Virus genome (UHGV): UHGV-0096675
Length of the DNA stretch: 10,445 nt
Source of the DNA: a virus
Direction: 5' to 3' (one strand)
Positions 4,989-10,445 of the stretch are shown piece after piece. A program made the position numbers and the translations under genes. The first letter of the stretch is position 1. The number at the start of each line of letters is the position of its first letter. The notes under the pieces are model-generated. The model was not told the origin of the DNA. It worked only from the letters and a program-made list of their open reading frames with translations, and made no database searches.

Positions 4989-6115
4989 CCATCCGCCAGC
5001 ATAAAACTGGCGACACTCTGGTTATCACTTTCACATACAAAGGGGTTCTGTGCCGGGAGCCCCTCTCCAAAATGGAAGCAAACGCGCGCGGTGTGAAGTA
5101 CGCCGAGCGCCTGCTCGGGGAGATACAAAACCAGATCGTCAGTGGCACCTTTGAATATGCGAAATATTTCCCCAACTCCAAAAAACTGGAGCTTTTCGGG
5201 GGGGTGAAGAAAACCAAAAACATAAAGTCTTACCTGGACGAGTACCTGAAAATCTGCCAGAACCGCAACCTGTCCCCGTCGACTATCAACGGTTATGAAA
5301 AATGCCTGTCGGCGCTGTCAGCCCTGCATAAACTCCACGTGTCAGAACTGACGCCAGCGGTCCTTAAAAACTGGATAGCCAGCCGGAAAACAAAGCTGAA
5401 AACGACCAGGAATAACCTTTCGTTTCTGCGCAGCGCCATCGATGAAGCTGTTACGGATGGCCTGCTGACCATTAACCCGGTAACCCTCGTCAGCGCCAGC
5501 CGGTACCACGTGATCGACAGCAGCCCGAGCGCCGACGATTACGAGGTTGACCCGTTCACGCCAGCGGAAACCCTCGCCATTTACCAGAGCTGCAGGTACC
5601 CGGAATGGGAAAACCTGTTCCGCTTTGCTTTCAATACCGGTCTGCGGAGCTCCGAACTGTGCGCGCTGCGCTGGCCTGATCTCGACACCATCGCGAACAC
5701 AGCCCACGTTCAGGCGGCCAGTGTCGTAGGGGTACTTAAAGGCACCAAGACAAAAGCCGGTACCCGTAAGGTGGAGCTGAACAGTGAGGCGCTGGCGGCC
5801 CTGCAGGCGCAGAAGCAATACACCTTTATGAAAAGTGAGTTCATATTCAGCGACCCGAAAACGGGAGAACCCTGGGCGAACGCCGACGCTATCCGTAAAA
5901 AAGCATGGGTGCCGACCCTGAAAAAAGCTGGCGTGCGCTATCGTAACCCGTACCAGACGCGGCACACATTCGCCACCAAGCATATTAGCCAGGGCGTTAA
6001 CCTCTTCTGGCTTGCCGGACAGATGGGCCACAAAGGACCGGAAATGATATTCCGCAACTACGGTAAATACCTGGCTGAATATGACGGTAAAACCGCGATT
6101 TCAGCCGCGCTGTAG
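4943..6115 (+). CDS. int: Tyrosine integrase (lambda Int family) of the lambdoid prophage
   Basis: GTG start at 4943 with GGAGG 7 nt upstream; 390 aa. Carries the conserved tyrosine-recombinase catalytic region (...GLRSSELCALRW..., ...RHTFATKHISQG..., ...FRNYGKYLAEY...). Its 3' end points at the ssrA-type att core, the lambda-like arrangement. Confidence 0.92.
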   Translation: MGKKEQGSLSLPRGITIRQHKTGDTLVITFTYKGVLCREPLSKMEANARGVKYAERLLGEIQNQIVSGTFEYAKYFPNSKKLELFGGVKKTKNIKSYLDEYLKICQNRNLSPSTINGYEKCLSALSALHKLHVSELTPAVLKNWIASRKTKLKTTRNNLSFLRSAIDEAVTDGLLTINPVTLVSASRYHVIDSSPSADDYEVDPFTPAETLAIYQSCRYPEWENLFRFAFNTGLRSSELCALRWPDLDTIANTAHVQAASVVGVLKGTKTKAGTRKVELNSEALAALQAQKQYTFMKSEFIFSDPKTGEPWANADAIRKKAWVPTLKKAGVRYRNPYQTRHTFATKHISQGVNLFWLAGQMGHKGPEMIFRNYGKYLAEYDGKTAISAAL

Positions 6116-6237
6116 CGGGGGAAATATTTCAAAATGTTGGACAGAATCAGGACGTTAGACAGACCTCAATATGCACGTAAAATGCACTTGAGGTATATAA
6201 CAGCAAGAGAATTGTTTATTTTCAATGAGTTAAATAC

Positions 6238-6274
6238 ATTTCGGACGCGAGTTCAACTCCCGCCAGCTCCACCA
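6238..6274 (+). other. ssrA (tmRNA) 3'-end fragment: acceptor/T-arm copy ending in CCA, serving as an att core and element junction
   Basis: ATTTCGGACGCGAGTTCAACTCCCGCCAGCTCCACCA matches the 3' terminus of enterobacterial tmRNA as I recall it (...AUUUCGGACGCGGGUUCAACUCCCGCCAGCUCCACCA) except for one G-to-A change. No upstream tmRNA body is present: the int stop is only 122 bp upstream. Confidence 0.8.
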
Positions 6275-6308
6275 AATATTGATGTACTGAAGTTCAGTAA
6301 AGTCTACT

Positions 6309-6342
6309 AAGCCCGCACAGCACAAGCTCTGCGGGCTTTTTT
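6309..6342 (+). terminator. Rho-independent terminator downstream of the ssrA fragment
   Basis: 9-bp stem AAGCCCGCA (6309-6317) / TGCGGGCTT (6330-6338) with a 12-nt loop, followed by a T-run through 6342. Confidence 0.7.
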
Positions 6343-6360
6343 ACGTCTATTGTAGTCTAG

Positions 6361-6436
6361 TGAGAATTGCTGAGAACTACGAGTTATGGCACCCTGAATG
6401 GGACCCACGAAGATGGGTCCTAAAATCGAGGGTCCC
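6361..6436. promoter_or_regulatory. Repeat cluster in the intA leader (candidate regulator or integrase binding sites)
   Basis: Direct repeat TGAGAA at 6361-6366 and 6371-6376. Inverted repeats GGGACCC (6400-6406) and GGGTCCC (6430-6436), with a third near-copy GGGTCC at 6415-6420. The region is open in the ORF track (GTG 6360) but lies upstream of the homology-supported ATG at 6441. Confidence 0.3.
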
Positions 6437-6440
6437 AAAC

Positions 6441-7670
6441 ATGGCCAAAATCGCTAAGAAGCTCACTGACACTGAAATCAAAAGCACCAAACCTGCCGAA
6501 AAAGAGGTTAACCTTTTTGACGGCGATGGTTTGCTGTTGCGAATCGCTCCCCTGGCGAAGGGAGGGAAGAAAAATTGGTATTTCAGATATGCAGTGCCTG
6601 TGACCAAAAAGCGAACTAAGGTGAGCTTAGGAACCTATCCTCACCTTACACTTGCGAAGGCACGAGCTTTACGTGATGAATACTTGTCGTTGCTTACAAA
6701 TGGTATAGACCCCCAAGTTCATAACAACCAAAAAGCCAATGCACTGAAAGATGCCACGGAACATACATTTCAAGCAGTAGCCAAGAAGTGGCTTGATGAG
6801 AAAGTCAAAACGTCAGGCATCTCCCAAGATCATGCTAACGACATCTGGCGAAGCCTAGAGAGAAATATCTTTTCCACATTGGGTGATACCCCAATTAAGG
6901 AGATTCGCCCTAAAATGCTTAAACAGCATTTAGAACCCATAGAAAAACGAGGTGTCCTTGAAACACTTCGCCGCATCATATCCCGCCTGAATGAAATTTT
7001 CCGCTATGCAGCAACAGAAGAACTCATAGAATTCAACCCGGCAGACAACCTGGGGCAACGGTTCAGCAAGCCAAAAAAACAGAATATGCCAGCATTACCC
7101 CCTTCCGAACTCCCTCGCTTCTTGGTTGCTCTAAACAATGCTTCTATCCGTTTGGAAACAAGGCTACTGATTGAGTGGCAACTTCTCACATGGGTTCGCC
7201 CAGGTGAAGCTGTTCGCACAAGATGGTCAGATATTGATATTGAAACTGGCATGTGGAACATCCCGGCGGAGTTTATGAAAATGAAGAAGCCTCACAAAGT
7301 TCCACTGAGCAAAGAAGCTTTGCGAGTTTTGGATTTAATGAAAGTCATCAGCGGGCATAGAGAGTGGGTGTTCCCCAGTATCAAAGCTCCACTCAATCAC
7401 ATGCATGAACAAACAGCTAATGCGGCCATAATCCGTATGGGTTTCGGAGGTGAGCTTGTAGCTCACGGTATGCGATCCATTGCTAGAACGGCTGCTGAGG
7501 AGTCTGGCAAGTTTAGGACTGATGTCTTAGAAGCCGCCCTTGCCCACTCGAAGAAAGATGAAATAATTGCAGCCTACAATCGTGCAGAGTATCTCACTGA
7601 ACGGGTGGTTCTCATGCAATGGTGGAGTGACTATGTTTCGTCTCAAAAATGCAAAGTTATTGCCGCATAA
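6441..7670 (+). CDS. intA: Tyrosine integrase, P4-like IntA family (CP4-57 IntA-like)
   Basis: ATG at 6441 with GAGGG 8 nt upstream. The product MAKIAKKLTDTEIKSTKPAEKEVNLFDGDGLLLRIA...DIWRSLERNIF...ALETLRRI...MWQLLT...HGMRSIARTA...LEAALAH...AYNRAEYL...MQWWSDYV aligns by eye, from memory, with E. coli CP4-57 IntA. The track start at GTG 6360 adds 27 residues not supported by that alignment. Confidence 0.9.
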   Translation: MAKIAKKLTDTEIKSTKPAEKEVNLFDGDGLLLRIAPLAKGGKKNWYFRYAVPVTKKRTKVSLGTYPHLTLAKARALRDEYLSLLTNGIDPQVHNNQKANALKDATEHTFQAVAKKWLDEKVKTSGISQDHANDIWRSLERNIFSTLGDTPIKEIRPKMLKQHLEPIEKRGVLETLRRIISRLNEIFRYAATEELIEFNPADNLGQRFSKPKKQNMPALPPSELPRFLVALNNASIRLETRLLIEWQLLTWVRPGEAVRTRWSDIDIETGMWNIPAEFMKMKKPHKVPLSKEALRVLDLMKVISGHREWVFPSIKAPLNHMHEQTANAAIIRMGFGGELVAHGMRSIARTAAEESGKFRTDVLEAALAHSKKDEIIAAYNRAEYLTERVVLMQWWSDYVSSQKCKVIAA

Positions 7671-7733
7671 CTCTCCCATGATGGATTAACTATCTTGATT
7701 TAGTTAAAGAATTAATAATCACACCATTAACCT

Positions 7734-7781
7734 ATGTGGACTAAGCATAGCCATTTACAAATGGGGACATTGAGTCCACAT
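7734..7781. repeat. 48-bp dyad-symmetric element (nested inverted repeats around a central AC) upstream of the recombinase operon
   Basis: Outer arms ATGTGGACT (7734-7742) / AGTCCACAT (7773-7781) and inner arms CCATTT (7751-7756) / AAATGG (7759-7764) share one symmetry centre at 7757/7758. The intervening 8-nt segments are not symmetric. No downstream T-run, so it is not a typical terminator. Confidence 0.5.
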
Positions 7782-7952
7782 AACGAAAGCTGTCGGTCAT
7801 ATCAGCTAAATAATTCACATCTCTTCTCGATTATCATACACCTCGAAGATCTACCAAATTCGCTCTAATCAATGATAAAACAGTTGAATTCGGTTAAAAT
7901 TTGATCAATTTTATCCACTACATTGTATTGAATCATCCATGAGGTTTCGTGC

Positions 7953-9509
7953 ATGGCTAGCGAAAATGAAAAAAATCATAGAGTTAGGGTCGCGCAGTAC
8001 TTGAGGATGTCTACCGACCATCAGCAATATTCTTTACATAATCAGTCCGAATATATCAAAGATTATGCTGAAAAGAACAATATGGAAATCGCTTATACCT
8101 ACGATGATGCAGGTAAGAGCGGAGTCAGTATCGTAGGCAGGCATTCTTTGCAGCAGTTACTTAGCGATGTAGAACAAAAGAAAATAGATATACAGGCTGT
8201 ATTATTTTATGATGTGAGCCGTTTTGGTCGTTTTCAAAATAGTGATGAAGCGGCATATTATTCCTTTCTATTTGAGAGAAATGGTGTAGATCTTATATAT
8301 TGTTCCGAACCTATACCCACTAAAGATTTCCCTTTAGAGTCCTCTGTTATACTGAATATAAAAAGATCTAGTGCTGCATATCACAGCAGGAATCTATCTG
8401 AAAAGGTATTTATAGGGCAAGTAAATTTAATAAAGCTTGGTTATCATCAAGGCGGTATGGCTGGTTATGGGCTGAGACGTCTTTTAGTAGACGAAAATGG
8501 CATAGCTAAAGAAATATTGAGTTTCCGCAAAAGAAAGAGTATTCAAACAGATAGGGTAATATTAATTCCGGGACCAAAAAATGAAATAAAAATTGTAAAT
8601 AGAATATATGATCTCTTTATAGATAATAACGTCCCAGAATTCATTATTGCTGAGAGATTAAATGAACAGAACATACCTGCAGAAAATGGAACATTATGGA
8701 CTCGTGCAAAAATACATCAAATTTTGACAAATGAAAAATATATTGGAAACAACATATATAACAAAACCTCATCTAAATTAAAAAGTAGGCTTGTAAAAAA
8801 CCCCAAACATGAATGGGTTAGATGTGACAAGGCATATAAACCTATTATTTCAAAGAAAAAATACAATAAAGCTCAAGAAATAATTCAGCTCCGATCCATT
8901 CATTTGACTAATGAAGATCTATTAGAAAAACTAAAACAAAAATTAGAATCTAATGGAAAACTATCAGGCTTTATCATTGATGAAGATGATACAGGCCCTT
9001 CATCTTCTGTTTATAGAACCCGATTTGGTGGTCTTTTAAGAGCATATACTTTGATTGGTTATAAGCCAGAACATGATTACAGCTATCTCAAAATAAATGA
9101 AGCACTAAGATCATTTTACTCAGAGATAATTGAGGATTTTAAGGGTGAAATTTTAAAAAGTAACTGTCATATAGACGAGTATAAATATGCCCCAATGCTT
9201 TACATCAATGATGAGTTTTTAATTTCCGTCCTTGTTACTAAATGCATACATATGAAATCAGGTAAACTTAGATGGAAAGTCCGGTTTGATAACTCACAGA
9301 AAGCAGACATAACAATTGTTATACGAATGAATTCACAAAATATTTCACCTCTTGATTTTTATATCATACCAAAGATTGAAAACGAATATAATAAAATGTG
9401 CATGACGGAAACAAACAACATTCGATTAGATCTCTATAGATTTGATAATCTTGATAAACTTCTACAAATTATTACTCGCATGAAAGTGAGGGAACTATAT
9501 GCTGCCTGA
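7953..9509 (+). CDS. Large serine recombinase-like protein (resolvase/invertase N-terminal catalytic domain plus recombinase domain; no canonical zinc ribbon seen)
   Basis: ATG at 7953 with GAGG 8 nt upstream; 518 aa. N-terminus RVAQYLRMSTDHQQYSLHNQ fits the serine-recombinase catalytic motif (Y-x-R-x-S-T-x-x-Q), and ...IQAVLFYDVSRFGRF... fits the conserved D-x-S-R-x-x-R motif. GGMAGYGL resembles the start of the recombinase domain. No CxxC pairs are present. Confidence 0.85.
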   Translation: MASENEKNHRVRVAQYLRMSTDHQQYSLHNQSEYIKDYAEKNNMEIAYTYDDAGKSGVSIVGRHSLQQLLSDVEQKKIDIQAVLFYDVSRFGRFQNSDEAAYYSFLFERNGVDLIYCSEPIPTKDFPLESSVILNIKRSSAAYHSRNLSEKVFIGQVNLIKLGYHQGGMAGYGLRRLLVDENGIAKEILSFRKRKSIQTDRVILIPGPKNEIKIVNRIYDLFIDNNVPEFIIAERLNEQNIPAENGTLWTRAKIHQILTNEKYIGNNIYNKTSSKLKSRLVKNPKHEWVRCDKAYKPIISKKKYNKAQEIIQLRSIHLTNEDLLEKLKQKLESNGKLSGFIIDEDDTGPSSSVYRTRFGGLLRAYTLIGYKPEHDYSYLKINEALRSFYSEIIEDFKGEILKSNCHIDEYKYAPMLYINDEFLISVLVTKCIHMKSGKLRWKVRFDNSQKADITIVIRMNSQNISPLDFYIIPKIENEYNKMCMTETNNIRLDLYRFDNLDKLLQIITRMKVRELYAA

Positions 9510-10395
9510 AAAAAATGAATTCCCAATAATTCAAATTGAGATTGCAAAAATAAAATTTCTTAACCCACGAACAAGAAATAAGGTAGTGCATGAAGAAATA
9601 AAGGAAAGCATAAAAAAAAGAGGATTAAGCAAGCCTATAAGCGTAAGAGCTATTGATGAAGGCGATTTCAAATATGCTTTAATTTGTGGTCAAGGGAGAA
9701 TAGAGGCTCTCGTTGCATTAGGTGAAACTATTATTCCAGCAATTATAAGAGATGTATCAGAAGAAGATGCTTACGTTATGAGTTTAGTTGAAAACATTGC
9801 AAGGAGAAGACCACGTTCTAATGAGTTATTACAGGTGATTAAAGACATGAAAATCAGAGGACTTTCAGACTCCGAAATAAGTGAGATTACTGGATATTCA
9901 TCGAACTGGGTGAGCAGTATTAATATGCTACTTGATAAGGGAGAGCATAAACTTCTCTCAGCAGTCGAACGGGGTAATTTGCCTCTGTATCTCGCAGTGC
10001 AATTTGCAAGATGTGAAACTGAGGAAGCACAAGATATTCTTACCGAAGCATATGATAAAAAATTAATAAAAAGTCGGGACATTATAAAGATAAAACACAT
10101 TCTAAATCAAAGAACAGTTGGGAATAAAGGTGCAAAAGCAGCCGGATTTTATTATCACAAACCATCAAAAAGGATGACTTCAGAGGAGTTGATTGAGCTT
10201 TATGAAAATAGTATCGCTGAACATAAATCTGTTTATAACAACTCAAAATTCATAAAAACCAACCTACTAATAGTAAATGAGATTTTTAACATCATAATGA
10301 TGAATAAAAGCTTTCAACATATACTTGAACAAGAGAATCTTTCAGAACTACCATCTCAGATATTAACCCCAGTAAACAAAGAGGTATTAAAATGA
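9499..10395 (+). CDS. ParB/Srx-like N-terminal domain protein with HTH (divergent ParB box: GQGRIEAL instead of GERRxRA)
   Basis: ATG at 9499 overlaps the recombinase stop (ATGCTGCCTGA) with GAGGG 7 nt upstream; 298 aa. ...PISVRAIDEGDFKYALICGQGRIEALVALGETIIPAIIRDVSEEDAYVMSLVENIARR... matches ParB N-terminal domain architecture, followed by an HTH-like segment (LSDSEISEITGYSSNWVSSINMLL). The C-terminal 100 or so residues are uncharacterised. Confidence 0.8.
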   Translation: MLPEKNEFPIIQIEIAKIKFLNPRTRNKVVHEEIKESIKKRGLSKPISVRAIDEGDFKYALICGQGRIEALVALGETIIPAIIRDVSEEDAYVMSLVENIARRRPRSNELLQVIKDMKIRGLSDSEISEITGYSSNWVSSINMLLDKGEHKLLSAVERGNLPLYLAVQFARCETEEAQDILTEAYDKKLIKSRDIIKIKHILNQRTVGNKGAKAAGFYYHKPSKRMTSEELIELYENSIAEHKSVYNNSKFIKTNLLIVNEIFNIIMMNKSFQHILEQENLSELPSQILTPVNKEVLK

Positions 10396-10445
10396 TTCAG
10401 ATACGTTTTGGCGATAATTTTATTTACCTGGAAACTAATAAGTTA
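10392..10445 (+). CDS. Hypothetical protein, 5' part only (third gene of the operon; continues beyond window end)
   Basis: ATG at 10392 overlaps the upstream stop (ATGA); MIQIRFGDNFIYLETNKL... remains open to the window end, with the same AT-rich composition as the upstream genes. Confidence 0.4.
   Translation, partial: MIQIRFGDNFIYLETNKL

Larger units (their letters stand above)
1..6274. mobile_element. Lambdoid prophage, partial (replication/immunity/early-left/xis-int end); continues beyond window start
   Basis: Lambda-like module order read from the sequence: helicase <- cII-position gene <- cro | operators | cI -> terminator -> operator-bearing promoter -> small early genes -> xis -> int -> att core (ssrA 3' fragment at 6238-6274). 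Cro and CI translations align closely by eye with phage lambda Cro and CI. Confidence 0.85.
6238..10445. mobile_element. Second integrative island (P4/CP4-57-like, IntA-type integrase adjacent to ssrA att core) with AT-rich cargo; continues beyond window end
   Basis: Canonical arrangement of ssrA 3' core followed by an IntA-family integrase on the same strand, then cargo that is visibly more AT-rich than the integrase gene. Confidence 0.75.

Noticed and set aside
4688-6031. Minus-strand ORFs 4688..4960, 4906..5223 and 5342..6031, and plus ORF 5547..5729
   Set aside because: They lie inside or antisense to the xis and int genes, which have conserved integrase motifs; spurious frames in GC-rich coding sequence.
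6116-6274. Complete tmRNA (ssrA) gene
   Set aside because: Only the last 37 nt match tmRNA; the upstream sequence does not resemble the tmRNA body or tag-coding region and directly abuts the int stop codon.
6377-7261. Minus-strand ORFs 6377..6607 and 7004..7261
   Set aside because: Antisense to intA, which has full-length similarity to IntA-family integrases.
9771-10100. Minus-strand ORF (109 aa)
   Set aside because: Antisense to the ParB-like gene, whose frame carries the ParB N-terminal and HTH signatures.
1-10445. CRISPR arrays, rRNA or complete tRNA genes
   Set aside because: No regularly spaced direct repeats with unique spacers and no cloverleaf-compatible tRNA sequence were found other than the tmRNA 3' fragment.

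Overview
The window reads as an enterobacterial chromosome segment holding two adjacent integrative elements that meet at an ssrA (tmRNA) 3'-end attachment core; all protein similarities below were judged by eye and from memory, with no database search run. (1) Positions 1 to about 6274 are the immunity, early-left and integration end of a lambdoid prophage. It contains a partial DEAD/DEAH-box helicase (minus strand), a 428-bp non-coding tract with strong G-run/C-run strand asymmetry, a cII-position gene, cro (minus) and cI (plus) flanking three evenly spaced dyad operators, a strong terminator after cI, an operator-bearing PL-like promoter, an AT-rich two-gene cassette, a chain of small translationally coupled ORFs (including a 31-aa hydrophobic peptide), xis and a tyrosine integrase. 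(2) Positions 6238-6274 are a 37-nt copy of the ssrA 3' end with one T-stem mismatch, followed by a terminator. (3) From about 6238 to the window end is a second island: a P4/CP4-57-type IntA-family tyrosine integrase, an AT-rich intergenic region with a 48-bp dyad-symmetric site, and an AT-rich overlapping operon encoding a large serine recombinase-like protein, a ParB/Srx-like HTH protein and a third gene cut by the window end. The best candidates for an undescribed system are this recombinase/ParB-like operon and the AT-rich early cassette downstream of cI.
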